From IMG/VR virus record IMGVR_UViG_3300025251_000012, positions 14,444-78,443 of that record: a stretch of 64,000 bases of DNA; one strand, 5' to 3'. Both the position numbers and the translations under genes were made by a program. Position 1 is the stretch's first letter; each line of letters begins with the position of its first letter. Source of the stretch: a virus. Taxonomy: Duplodnaviria; Caudoviricetes. The notes under the pieces were generated by a model. The model made no database searches and was not told the DNA's origin. It saw only the letters and a program-made list of their open reading frames with translations. This document shows, in pieces, positions 1-9,601 of this stretch.

Positions 1-1
1 G

Positions 2-595
2 ATGCCGCCCCAGACGCTTCCGGGGGCAAGTGTTGGTGCTACTTCGGGCTCAGCGTTGCGCCCGGATGTTCCAGATCTTTTGGCAGCGAGTACTAATCGC
101 GCAAAAGCTGGTGTTGAAAAGGGTTTCACTGCTAGTACGGCAGGAGCCTTCACTTATAAAGTGGTCGGGGTTAACGCGAACGGCTTTGCTGTAAGCAGCG
201 CTTCGGATCAAATTACTGTAGCTAGTGGCGACGTTGCTCAAATTGCAATTGACCCAGAGGCAACAACCGAGGCGGCTTATTACCGTTTGTATCGCACGCC
301 GGATACAAAAACTGAAGATGCGGACATGCAGTATGTTTGGTCATACCCAAAATCAGCGGGCGGCGAAACTACCATCATTGATGATAATCGTCATGAGCCC
401 GGAACGGCCCCAGTATTTTTCCTCCAGCAAACGCCGGATGTTATGTATTGGGCGCAGTTGCTTGATTTCTTGCGGCGGCCTTTGGCACAAGTCCAAACTT
501 CTATCCCGTTTCTCTTGATGCTTTTTGGAGCACTTCATGTTAAAGTACCGACCAAATGTTCAGTACTTGACAATGCTTCGCTAACAGCGGCGTAA
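2..595 (+). CDS. Major capsid protein, C-terminal part (truncated by window start), SPO1/Twort/K-like
   Basis: C-terminus IIDDNRHEPGTAPVFFLQQTPDVMYWAQLLDFLRRPLAQVQTSIPFLLMLFGALHVKVPTK resembles, from recall, the phage K/A511 capsid end (FVDKNETLPETADVF...LLPMMKLPLAQINASITFAVLWYGAL); followed by neck-sheath-tube genes. Confidence 0.8.
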   Translation: MPPQTLPGASVGATSGSALRPDVPDLLAASTNRAKAGVEKGFTASTAGAFTYKVVGVNANGFAVSSASDQITVASGDVAQIAIDPEATTEAAYYRLYRTPDTKTEDADMQYVWSYPKSAGGETTIIDDNRHEPGTAPVFFLQQTPDVMYWAQLLDFLRRPLAQVQTSIPFLLMLFGALHVKVPTKCSVLDNASLTAA

Positions 596-615
596 CCGAG
601 GAAGAGGTGTAAATT

Positions 616-900
616 ATGGCTGGCCAATGGCACCATAAGACTTTGCGAAATGTTCGACTTAGCGTTAACGGATGCCACGTTGATATTGATGCCCATGGGA
701 ACCTTAATGGCGAGCTTAATGCTGCCGCCGTTAAAACCCTTGGATCTTTACCGGCGTTTACTTGTACCTCCGCAGAAAAACCTGCCGTGAAAGCAAGTGA
801 GCCCGCTGAAGCAGCAAGTAAGCCTGCTGAAGCAGCACCCGCTAAGAAACCGGCTAAGGCGAGCGCTTCAAAAAAGAAGTCTTCACCTAAAAAGAAGTAG
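616..900 (+). CDS. Small virion-region protein with Ala/Lys/Pro-rich basic tail
   Basis: 94 aa directly after capsid gene with GAGG-like RBS; tail AKKPAKASASKKKSSPKKK; K-like phages have a ~100-aa gene at this position. Confidence 0.55.
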   Translation: MAGQWHHKTLRNVRLSVNGCHVDIDAHGNLNGELNAAAVKTLGSLPAFTCTSAEKPAVKASEPAEAASKPAEAAPAKKPAKASASKKKSSPKKK

Positions 901-905
901 GTTCC

Positions 906-945
906 AGTGTGGGGGGTCACAACGAGACCCCCCACACTTTATTTT
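906..945 (+). terminator. Rho-independent terminator after capsid operon
   Basis: 13-bp stem AGTGTGGGGGGTC / GACCCCCCACACT with 7-nt loop, then TTATTTT. Confidence 0.85.
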
Positions 946-1012
946 AGCCGCTGTGTCTGCTTAGTTTTCTTGGCAGGGCTAGGCGTGGGCACGGTATTTG
1001 GAGAGTCCACGC

Positions 1013-1774
1013 ATGGCGTTGCTTAAGAACATAGTTACAGGCCAGTGGCTAAAAGACCGTTATTTGTTTGGTATTGACCTTACAGATGACGCGGGTATTG
1101 AATACCCAGACGCTTTATATGACCACTCAATTGCTGCTTCTATAGCAATTATTGAAGGCGAACTAGACTTAGTTCTTAATGGTCTAAACGAATATACAGA
1201 GCGCTACGATACGCATGACGCGCACCACGAAGCCTTTTTTCTAATTCATACTGACAAACGCCCTCTGCGTGAGATTACAAAAGTAGAGGTTCAGTTTGGG
1301 TCATTTGACCCTACGACACTTCCGAAGTCTTGGATGCAGATAGCCTCTGAAAAAACTGGGCAGATGCAGATTATACCAGGACCGGAAGGTATTGGGTCCG
1401 TGCTGTTTGGTGGGCAAGCCCCGTTTCTTGGTTTATCAGGCCTCTTAGGGCGGCCCTACACACCACTTTGGTTTAAGTTTAGTTATAAAGCTGGCTATGA
1501 CGGCGAGAATTATGCAGTTCCTGACGACATTTTGGAACTTATAGGGCTGTTGTCTGCGCAATTGCCCTTAGATACGGCGGGCGATCTCATCGTTGGAGCC
1601 GGTATCGCCTCAAAAAGCATCTCCATGGATGGGCTCGCCACTTCGATTAATACGACTGCATCGAGTACAAATGCGGGTTTTGGCGCACGTATGCTGTCGA
1701 TGCGCAGACGTTATGACAAGCTACTAAAAGAAGTTAAGCGCAAGTACAGAATTCCTAATTTGATGGTGTTTTAG
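1013..1774 (+). CDS. Head-tail adaptor / neck protein
   Basis: First gene of the post-capsid neck block; ends SISMDGLATSINTTASSTNAGFGARM, typical of SPO1/K-type adaptors; ATG at 1013 follows GGAGAG (ORF track start 998). Confidence 0.6.
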   Translation: MALLKNIVTGQWLKDRYLFGIDLTDDAGIEYPDALYDHSIAASIAIIEGELDLVLNGLNEYTERYDTHDAHHEAFFLIHTDKRPLREITKVEVQFGSFDPTTLPKSWMQIASEKTGQMQIIPGPEGIGSVLFGGQAPFLGLSGLLGRPYTPLWFKFSYKAGYDGENYAVPDDILELIGLLSAQLPLDTAGDLIVGAGIASKSISMDGLATSINTTASSTNAGFGARMLSMRRRYDKLLKEVKRKYRIPNLMVF

Positions 1775-2638
1775 ATGGCCAAGTTTATTGCTCTTAAACC
1801 AGCTAAACTAGGCCCTAGGACTGATTTCCCAACTAGAGACCTTCGACAGAATGTCTTTAAGTACGGTATGCGCGTACTTTGGGAGATGGTTACAGTCTGC
1901 CCTTGTGAAAGAAAAAGTATAGACGCTTTATCAATAGATTTTGGTACCCGCGAAAAGCCGATTGGATGTCCGCTAAAAGAATTTGATTCCGCTATTTGTG
2001 GTGGGAATGGTTACATATACCATAGTGGGCAAGAGATTCAGGCGCTTGTGCACGATGGGTCTAGAGACCCAGATCGTTGGAAAGTTTGGGGTGAGCACGC
2101 TGCGGGTAACGTGTCTATTACGACGCTTCCAGAGCACTTACCGTCGTTTCTAGACCGAATTACCCTCCTAGATACGGTTATGGTTTATCGTGAGCGTAAA
2201 AAGCGGACAGCAAATTCTGTCGAGGGCCTAAGATATCCAGTTGTAACGAGGTCTATGGTTCTGGGCACCGAAGAAGATCCTACTAAGTCAGTGGCTTCAG
2301 AGTTTGGAGTTTTATACGCTATAAAAGCGTCTGAGGATGGTAAGATTGTGCTGGGGGCGGATAACAAACCCTTAGAACTAAAGCAGGACGAGGATTTTAT
2401 AGTCACCGCAGAAGGCAAAATAGATTGGAGCCAAGGTTTATCCAGCGGGCGCGCACCGAACCCAGGCGAATATTATTCTATGCAGTACTTTATACACCCA
2501 GTGTATGTAATTCGTTCAATGCCTTACCAGTTTCGTGATTCTGTACACAAAGTTAAACAGGTTCAACAAGAGCTAACTAATCTACCGACAAAGGTTATGG
2601 CTTGGTTAGAATTTTTGGGGTCACCCGGTGGCGACTAA
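1775..2638 (+). CDS. Head closure / neck protein
   Basis: Synteny; VLWEMVTVCPC...C...GNGYIY motif typical of SPO1/K-type head-completion proteins. Confidence 0.55.
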   Translation: MAKFIALKPAKLGPRTDFPTRDLRQNVFKYGMRVLWEMVTVCPCERKSIDALSIDFGTREKPIGCPLKEFDSAICGGNGYIYHSGQEIQALVHDGSRDPDRWKVWGEHAAGNVSITTLPEHLPSFLDRITLLDTVMVYRERKKRTANSVEGLRYPVVTRSMVLGTEEDPTKSVASEFGVLYAIKASEDGKIVLGADNKPLELKQDEDFIVTAEGKIDWSQGLSSGRAPNPGEYYSMQYFIHPVYVIRSMPYQFRDSVHKVKQVQQELTNLPTKVMAWLEFLGSPGGD

Positions 2639-3503
2639 ACGTCTAGACTTATACAACGTTGTTCGGATTAAAAAATCCCACATGCGGCGGCGTATGACCG
2701 CCATGGCCCGCATCCTTGAAAATGAGTGGAAGCGTTTAGCGGCTAATGGCTTAAACACTACCTCTGTTACTTACAGAAACAACATTGTTGTAGAGGATGT
2801 TGACGAAGATAAACTTGTGCTGGTTCTAAGAGGTACTGTACCTAATATGGTAGAGCAGGGTTTAGGTCCGAGCGGCGTGGGCTCCTTCGGCGCGTTTGAT
2901 ATAAGAACCTTCGTGTTAAGCGGCACAAGCCCGAACATACGTTCTTCGGGAGGGGGTTCTTATGTGAACGTACCCTTTAGATTTTCAACAGGTCAAATCA
3001 AAGACTTGTCTTATTCTATCCGAGGTATTAATGCTCCAGCAGCCGCGAAAACGCTGGCATCTTTAGCATCTGTAAAATCTAAGTCTGGTGAGTACACCGT
3101 ATTTAATCCGGCCACGGGGATCGCCGGTTGGCCTCAAGGAACCCTTCAAGTTGGAGATCCCCTAACGGGTAAAAAGCGCGCTGCTATGGATGCAGCAAGG
3201 GGCGGCCCCCCGGGTAGGTTAGGCGCGGGCTTTGCACCTAAAATGCGTTCAAAGCCAAACTTTTTAATGGATCCAATGTCTGGAAATGTGCGGGTTCAAG
3301 AACCGCATAGGAACGACCCTTTAGCGGGTCTTGTAAAATTTGGCAAAACATATGCCTCTACGACACAGAGCACCTATGGAACTTTTAGGCGTATGTCTAG
3401 TAAAGGAAAGCCCTGGATACACCCGGGAATTAAGCCTCGTAAATTTGCTGAAAAACTTGACCTGGGCAAAGCCATGTCACTGGCTTTTATGGACCTTGTA
3501 TAA
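2628..3503 (+). CDS. Neck protein (Ne1/HK97-gp10-like position)
   Basis: Synteny; basic protein ending FRRMSSKGKPWIHPGIKPRKF, a common ending for this family. Confidence 0.5.
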   Translation: MATKRLDLYNVVRIKKSHMRRRMTAMARILENEWKRLAANGLNTTSVTYRNNIVVEDVDEDKLVLVLRGTVPNMVEQGLGPSGVGSFGAFDIRTFVLSGTSPNIRSSGGGSYVNVPFRFSTGQIKDLSYSIRGINAPAAAKTLASLASVKSKSGEYTVFNPATGIAGWPQGTLQVGDPLTGKKRAAMDAARGGPPGRLGAGFAPKMRSKPNFLMDPMSGNVRVQEPHRNDPLAGLVKFGKTYASTTQSTYGTFRRMSSKGKPWIHPGIKPRKFAEKLDLGKAMSLAFMDLV

Positions 3504-4231
3504 TGGCTGGCGTATTCGATTTGCACATAATGTCGGCTATGCGCCACGGGTGGCGCAATCTTGTAGCACCTACCGATGTTCTAACCGGCCATCGCGTGCC
3601 ATCGTCTAAAAAGTTTAAAGCCTTATTTGAGGGTATATCCGATGATGTTTTGGAAGAATGGTTCAAGGGGTTAGCCCCCGATGGCGACTTTACAAAGGTG
3701 GAGTTTAGACCGGCATATGTTCCAGAACAGACAAAGTTTCCGTGTGTTGTAGTTCAATATGAAGATGAGCCCGAAGATGAAGCCCCAATGGGCTACTTAG
3801 GGGGGCACTTTAATTATGATGAAGCGGTTTATGATCCCATTACGGAGACTACAACAAACACCACTTTTATTGGTGAACGCACGACAGCTTTATTGCTTAA
3901 GCAAACAGCTAGAGTGCACATCCTCACTACGCACCCGGAATTAACACGTGCATTGCATATTAGTTTAATTGCTTGCGCGATGGGCAGTAGAAAATCTTTT
4001 TATGACTTGGGGTACAGAGACCTTGAATATTTAGGGGCGGCGGATTTAAGTATAGAAGAGGGCCTTATGCCGGAAGACTTGGGCGTGTACGTCCGGGTTC
4101 AACGATATATGGCTAGGTCACATTTTGAAATTGCTGATATCAGCGAATTTACTAGTGGTGACGTGCTTATACATGCTTCCGACATCTTTTATGACGGTAT
4201 TCAGGGTGGTATGGACCCAACGAAAACATGA
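3503..4231 (+). CDS. Tail completion / terminator protein
   Basis: Immediately before sheath; FPCVVVQYEDE motif. Confidence 0.5.
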   Translation: MAGVFDLHIMSAMRHGWRNLVAPTDVLTGHRVPSSKKFKALFEGISDDVLEEWFKGLAPDGDFTKVEFRPAYVPEQTKFPCVVVQYEDEPEDEAPMGYLGGHFNYDEAVYDPITETTTNTTFIGERTTALLLKQTARVHILTTHPELTRALHISLIACAMGSRKSFYDLGYRDLEYLGAADLSIEEGLMPEDLGVYVRVQRYMARSHFEIADISEFTSGDVLIHASDIFYDGIQGGMDPTKT

Positions 4232-4335
4232 AAATTATAGCAGAATTAAAAATTAGAACTTTTGCCCTAAGTCATTACAGGTTAGTACCAAGTAGTGCTA
4301 TAGTTTGGGGCGTTAAGCTAATGGAGAACTGAGCC

Positions 4336-6387
4336 ATGCCACAGTCGATTACATTTAATGGGATTCAAACGCTAAAGCCGGGTGTTTATGCAGAGATAGA
4401 TACTTCTGCATTGTCCGGTTCTGTTACCGATATTAATCGCGTAGCCGTTGTAGGTGATTTTCCCTTTTTGGCCTCAAACACGCCAACAACAGTGACATCT
4501 GCCGCGTCGTTGGTGGGTCTTGAGTTTTCTGACTATACGTTAAAACTTTTGACCAAGTTGCTTTACAACGGATCCGGTGACGCCGCAGTAGCGGGCGGCC
4601 CAAGTGCCGTTACGCTTGTTAACGCTAACCAGACCGTGGTTGCCGCTAGTAAGACTTTGACAGACGCTAGTGACAAGGATTCGTTAGTACTAACGTCTTC
4701 GTGGACTGGTAAAATTGGTAACAAAACCGTCGTCAATTATCTTGTGAACCCTGACACAGCGACTTTGACAGACTTTGTTATCTCTAGGGATGGGGTGTCA
4801 GATACATTTTCCGCTGGTGGTAGTCGTGCAGACATGACCATTGCTCATTCTACCGCTGGTATGGACGCCGATGTGACTCTTGTAAGTCAGACCCTCACAT
4901 ACGGCCCAACGACTGGTATCAAGGTCGCGCAGTCCTTCTCAGTTAACAAAGCTGACACATTTACGACAGAAGGCTTGGCGTTTGACGGCACTATTACAGC
5001 AACTGCCAACATGCAGCCAGGTGCTGACGGCTCAAACGCTATCGGCATTACTATTAACGGAACTACTTCTGCGGGCGTGGTTCTTAGCGAAATACTTACT
5101 CCGGTAATCGACGCGGACACTACCACGACAACAAGTTCAAACTCGTGGAAAGCTGTCACTAGCATTATTGTTGAAGACCCCACTGCGACAATCCCCGCAG
5201 ACTCTGTTGTCATCACCTTCACTAATGACGCCTTCGCTATCACACCTACTGACGCCGCTAACCAGGGCGCTGCTGCTGATATCATTAACGCGGATTCCAC
5301 CAATGGGTTCACGGCCACACTTTCTACCGCCAAAGCCGGTAAGTTTGCACTTAGTACACTTGACGAGGCTTCTCTTGGTGACATCAAAGGTTCCAGTGGA
5401 ATTCTTCATAGTTTTCTACAGAGTGTGATTGACGACATTAATACGAACTCCGCTCTTGTGATTGCAACCCGCGCCACAATCAGCGAAAGTTCTGATACTG
5501 GCGTCCTCCGTCCCAAGGACAGTGCAGAAGTCACTACAATGCTTGTAGGCGGTTCTCAAGCAGCTTCGGTTAACTCCGCAGCTTATAAAACGGCTATCGA
5601 CACCCTAGACAAGAGCCGAAATATTCAAATTATTGTGACTTTGGATGACGGCGACATTGAGGTTGCAAAGCACGTTAGAAATCATTGCGTGCACATGGCA
5701 GGAAAGGGTGAGTCGGAAGTCTGCGGTTTTTGGGGAGCGGCGTCTAATTCTAGTTTAGCAACGCTTCAAGCCAATGCTAATGCCCTAAACACCCGCCACG
5801 TAGCCCAGGCAGGCCAAGACCTTACTTTGGTAGACCATCTAGGAAATACCGTTGCGGCAACCCCACAATGGGGGGCTGTAATCCTTACAGGGATCATGGC
5901 CGGTACCGCAATAGCAACGCCGCTTACTAGAAAACGTTTAGACATTTTGAAGACTCACGAGAATGGGTGGAGCGCCGCAAACGATCTTGAGGCAGCCATT
6001 GATTCTGGGTTTGTCCTAATTTCAAAAGATAGAATCGGCTTTTTTGTTGAGCGCAGTGTGACTACGTGGGTAGAGGACGACAACCCGATTTTTAGTGAAG
6101 TTAGTGCCAATGAATCTGTTAATACTTGTATTAGAGATTTGCGTAATTATGTGGACAGCCGAATTGGGGACGCGAATGACGCTGGCTTGGCAGAGATTGT
6201 TAAGCAGATTTGCATGACACGGCTAAAGCAACAGGTTTTGGACAGTATTATTAAAGCGTTCAACAAGGACACCCTTACTGTGGTGGATCTTGGCGATAGG
6301 TTGCGTGTTGACGTGCGTATTGCCGCTGTTGAGCCTTTGAACTTTATTCTTATTCACGCTGAAGTTGTTCGCAATGTTAACAGCTAG
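4336..6387 (+). CDS. Tail sheath protein (contractile tail)
   Basis: N-term FNGIQTLKPGVYAEID; C-term SVTTWVEDDNPIFSEVSANESVN...VDVRIAAVEPLNFILI is a sheath C-terminal domain; 683 aa. Confidence 0.9.
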   Translation: MPQSITFNGIQTLKPGVYAEIDTSALSGSVTDINRVAVVGDFPFLASNTPTTVTSAASLVGLEFSDYTLKLLTKLLYNGSGDAAVAGGPSAVTLVNANQTVVAASKTLTDASDKDSLVLTSSWTGKIGNKTVVNYLVNPDTATLTDFVISRDGVSDTFSAGGSRADMTIAHSTAGMDADVTLVSQTLTYGPTTGIKVAQSFSVNKADTFTTEGLAFDGTITATANMQPGADGSNAIGITINGTTSAGVVLSEILTPVIDADTTTTTSSNSWKAVTSIIVEDPTATIPADSVVITFTNDAFAITPTDAANQGAAADIINADSTNGFTATLSTAKAGKFALSTLDEASLGDIKGSSGILHSFLQSVIDDINTNSALVIATRATISESSDTGVLRPKDSAEVTTMLVGGSQAASVNSAAYKTAIDTLDKSRNIQIIVTLDDGDIEVAKHVRNHCVHMAGKGESEVCGFWGAASNSSLATLQANANALNTRHVAQAGQDLTLVDHLGNTVAATPQWGAVILTGIMAGTAIATPLTRKRLDILKTHENGWSAANDLEAAIDSGFVLISKDRIGFFVERSVTTWVEDDNPIFSEVSANESVNTCIRDLRNYVDSRIGDANDAGLAEIVKQICMTRLKQQVLDSIIKAFNKDTLTVVDLGDRLRVDVRIAAVEPLNFILIHAEVVRNVNS

Positions 6388-6397
6388 GAGGCTTTAA

Positions 6398-6826
6398 ATG
6401 GCAACGGGTAAAGCAATTTCAGGCGCGGCAGCGCTACTTTACTTAGGTGACTCTGGTAAGCCTATTGGCTGGGCTACGGGTGTTACCGCACAAGAAACAA
6501 TTGAATACATCCCCATTGACCCCGTAGGCATGATTGATGTTGCTGGTCATGAGCCCGTTAGACGTACTGTCAGTATGTCTGCATCTTTTGTTCGTATTAA
6601 GAATGAATCTCTTGCTACGCAGCAAGTTTGGTCTAAAGGCGACACATTAGAAGTTATTGAATTTGAGGCCATGAACGCAATTCTGATCGATCAGACTACA
6701 GGATCGGCGGTCTTTAAACTCGAAGGCGTGTATCCCCAGACACGATCTTGGCAAGTTCAAAAAGGAAGTATTGTCACCGTTAATGCTACGTTCTATGCTA
6801 GGACTATGACTGATGAACAAGGCTAG
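6398..6826 (+). CDS. Tail tube protein
   Basis: 142 aa directly after sheath; LLYLGDSGKPIGWATGVTAQE...VGMIDVAGHEPVR resembles K/SPO1-type tube. Confidence 0.8.
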   Translation: MATGKAISGAAALLYLGDSGKPIGWATGVTAQETIEYIPIDPVGMIDVAGHEPVRRTVSMSASFVRIKNESLATQQVWSKGDTLEVIEFEAMNAILIDQTTGSAVFKLEGVYPQTRSWQVQKGSIVTVNATFYARTMTDEQG

Positions 6827-6841
6827 TAATAGGAGCAAAGC

Positions 6842-7396
6842 ATGGGGAACAAACTTCCAAGTGATAACCTTGGGTCGATTGATTTACGGCAGTTAAAAGA
6901 CACCGTAGATGAGGTCGCCACGCCAGAAGTACCTGAAGAAGACACACCCGTAATTCTTGTGCCACGACGGCTGGAGATAGAAATTATCTATGTAACTCCA
7001 GAAGGGAATCGTTTGCACGGAATCGGGTACAGTCAGATAAAAACAGGGAAGGACCGGCTAGATGTGGCTAAATTGGCTACACAGCTTGGGGGTGGTACTC
7101 CTTGGAGTGTAATGCCAGCATTAGCCCAAGGACGCATTTGGGGATTATCGACACTTACGATCCAACTACAGGATGGGCCGGAGTGGGTTTATAAATGGGT
7201 ACAAGAAGACGACGACTTATTAGCAGCTATCGTGGGTGAGTTGGAGGCCCACGAAGACCGTTACTTTCGCAGATACCCTAGCGAGGGTAGCAGCGATGCG
7301 CAGAAGCCGAAATTGGTGGTACGTCCAGCTAACCCTTCCACCTATCCAACCGAGTCCGATTTATCCGACCCAACCAGACTTGTGCCCAGCGGATAG
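6842..7396 (+). CDS. Tail assembly chaperone (gpG-like)
   Basis: Lies between tube and tape measure; overlapped by a second ORF in the +1 frame. Confidence 0.65.
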   Translation: MGNKLPSDNLGSIDLRQLKDTVDEVATPEVPEEDTPVILVPRRLEIEIIYVTPEGNRLHGIGYSQIKTGKDRLDVAKLATQLGGGTPWSVMPALAQGRIWGLSTLTIQLQDGPEWVYKWVQEDDDLLAAIVGELEAHEDRYFRRYPSEGSSDAQKPKLVVRPANPSTYPTESDLSDPTRLVPSG

Positions 7397-7577
7397 GTAT
7401 GAAGCGGGTTTGATGCGGTTAGGGGATGAACAATTTTCCGACGCTATTAGTGGCGTACTGCCGCAGCTAGAGGGGCCAGCCGTCAAAAGCGGTGTTGTAG
7501 AAATTGACGCTCTAGAAGAAGAATTCTGGTCAGAAGTAGAAGGACTAACGGACTCTGTTAGTATAGACTTTGACTGA
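7236..7577 (+). CDS. Tail assembly chaperone extension (gpT-like), probably made by frameshift
   Basis: +1 frame relative to 6842..7396; RNWWYVQLTLPP motif and acidic end are typical of T-like extensions; no good own start/RBS. Confidence 0.55.
   Translation: MSWRPTKTVTFADTLARVAAMRRSRNWWYVQLTLPPIQPSPIYPTQPDLCPADRYEAGLMRLGDEQFSDAISGVLPQLEGPAVKSGVVEIDALEEEFWSEVEGLTDSVSIDFD
7262..7271 (+). promoter_or_regulatory. Candidate +1 ribosomal frameshift site UAC_UUU_CGC
   Basis: In-frame TTT(7265-7267) CGC; slipping to TTC(7266-7268) enters the 7236..7577 frame. Confidence 0.55.
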
Positions 7578-7586
7578 TAGGAGAAT

Positions 7587-9572
7587 GTGCTTATGGCCAG
7601 CAATCGCCACACAACTACAGTTGAAGTAAATGCGGACATTTCTCAAGCCGAATCTGGTCTGCAAAGACTCTCTGCTCTCCTTGATCAAATAAATCAGAAA
7701 GCCGGAAATCTGTCCCTAGGCATAGGCGGCGGCGGTGGCGGTGGTGTAGGCGGCGGTACGTCTGGTACAGCGTTGCCCCAGGCCCCCGCTACCGCAACAG
7801 GCTCTGGCGGCGGTACGGGGCCTGCGCCTCAGACCGGCGGCGGGGGCCAGTCCCTTAGTAATAGGGGCGCGCGCGGGCAAGCTGGTCAGGACACCGGAAT
7901 GCTGGGCAGTGCCTTTGGGTGGGCCACAATGGGCGGCGGCGGAGGTGGCATAGGTGCGCTGTCTGGTGCGCTCGGTTTGGGCGGCGGGATGAGCTATCTT
8001 GCAGCAAGCCAGCGGAGGATTCTTTCTGCACAAAGAGGCGGCACATTCTGGGGAGCAAGAGAGGCCCAATTAGAGGGGCAAAAAAATAGGGACATTGTTT
8101 ACGGCGCGGCCGCAGGCGCTGGCGTTGCGGGCACCCTTGGTCTGATGGGGGGCTTGTCTGCGGCAGGCCCTCCGGGGTGGGTTGCTGCCGGTATTGTTGG
8201 GCTTGGTGCGCTCGGCGGGTGGGCGCTAGGTGAATCAGAGCGCGCTGAATTTGAAGCGGATAAACCAGGCATGTCCTCGCTCATGGAGGGAGGCCCACAA
8301 GTAGCAGAAAGGACAAACAGGCTGCGCCGCCTAGAGCAGATGGGTGGCCGTAGAGCAGGGTCCAAGATGTTTCGTGGTGGCCGCAGTACATCGTATGGCC
8401 CCGGCGGTTATATGACTGGCAGGAGTGCGGGCCATGGCGAATATTGGCTTAGGGGCCGTAAAAGGTCCGGCGGCGGCGGCCTGGGCATGTGGGAACACTT
8501 TGGGCAGGAACTTGGTCTATCTGCTGAGCAGGCTATAGGGGGGTTTGAAAACTACCTAGGCGGCTTTGATGTGACGCCGGATTATGGCGGGGCAGCGGGG
8601 ATACCGCATGGTGCGGATCCCATGATGGACGTAAATAGATTGTCAGTACTGACGGGAGTAGATCCTGGAGCACTCGGTAAATATACAAGCATGGCCCAAG
8701 AAGTTGGTCGTTCGGGTCGTGGGGGGTTTCCCGCGTCCCCAATGGGCGCACTGCTTGGCGGTCAGCATGAAGCCGCCATTGGAACTATGCAGGGACTTGG
8801 ACTAACCCCACAAGGGGTTAGTAAATATTTAGAACGGATTGCTAATGCCACCGGAGCAATGGCAAATAAGGGCGTAAAAGTCGATTCTCAGGACATGCTT
8901 CAGATGTACCGTGAGATTGGAGGGCAGCTAATAGGTAGTGCAGACCCCGGTGTCAAAAGCCGCTGGGGGCCGCAAAGAGCAATGCAAGCCACCGGTATTA
9001 CCCAAGGATGGGGTCAAGGCCCCATGCAAAAGCTAATGCAACCGTTTGGCCAAATAGCCGATTGGAAGGCTTTTTCTGCTGCCCAGACAAAGGCCGGTCC
9101 AGGAGCCACACTTTCCGGCATAATAAAGGCCGGTCAAGCTATGCAGGGGCGGCCCACCGAAATGTTGGGCGCGATGCAGGGCCTGATGGGTAAGGAAGAG
9201 TTTGCATTAGCGTATGGTGCCAAAGGTTTAAACGTTGAGCTTGGCGAAGATTTGTACGGGCTGGCCCCCGGGAGGGGTACGGCTATGCCAGGGTTTAGTG
9301 GGCTTAAAACGACTCCGGTGACGGAGTATCAAAAAGCAATGGCTAAGGCCGCAAATAAAGCGGCGGACCAGCTAGACAGAATTCACACCATACTAATGAA
9401 TGTCGGACGATTGTGGCAGAAACAAATACGAAGGATGATGGAATCTGGTGTTAGTGGTGCCGAGGAAGTATTTGGGGATGAGCCTGGTGTCCATCAGAGA
9501 GATCTGCACTATAACCGTAACAACGTAGAATCCACCGGAACATGGAACTGGAATCAAAAGAGTGAATACTAA
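7587..9572 (+). CDS. Tape measure protein
   Basis: Follows chaperones; Gly/Ala-rich, helical, with hydrophobic segments; N-term VEVNADISQAESGLQRL. Confidence 0.75.
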   Translation: MLMASNRHTTTVEVNADISQAESGLQRLSALLDQINQKAGNLSLGIGGGGGGGVGGGTSGTALPQAPATATGSGGGTGPAPQTGGGGQSLSNRGARGQAGQDTGMLGSAFGWATMGGGGGGIGALSGALGLGGGMSYLAASQRRILSAQRGGTFWGAREAQLEGQKNRDIVYGAAAGAGVAGTLGLMGGLSAAGPPGWVAAGIVGLGALGGWALGESERAEFEADKPGMSSLMEGGPQVAERTNRLRRLEQMGGRRAGSKMFRGGRSTSYGPGGYMTGRSAGHGEYWLRGRKRSGGGGLGMWEHFGQELGLSAEQAIGGFENYLGGFDVTPDYGGAAGIPHGADPMMDVNRLSVLTGVDPGALGKYTSMAQEVGRSGRGGFPASPMGALLGGQHEAAIGTMQGLGLTPQGVSKYLERIANATGAMANKGVKVDSQDMLQMYREIGGQLIGSADPGVKSRWGPQRAMQATGITQGWGQGPMQKLMQPFGQIADWKAFSAAQTKAGPGATLSGIIKAGQAMQGRPTEMLGAMQGLMGKEEFALAYGAKGLNVELGEDLYGLAPGRGTAMPGFSGLKTTPVTEYQKAMAKAANKAADQLDRIHTILMNVGRLWQKQIRRMMESGVSGAEEVFGDEPGVHQRDLHYNRNNVESTGTWNWNQKSEY

Positions 9573-9601
9573 TAGCTATTAAAGGGTAGTGGCGGAACAT
9601 A

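Noticed and set aside
7720-8500. GGC-rich low-complexity runs as a regulatory repeat
   Set aside because: They are the poly-Gly codons of the tape measure protein.
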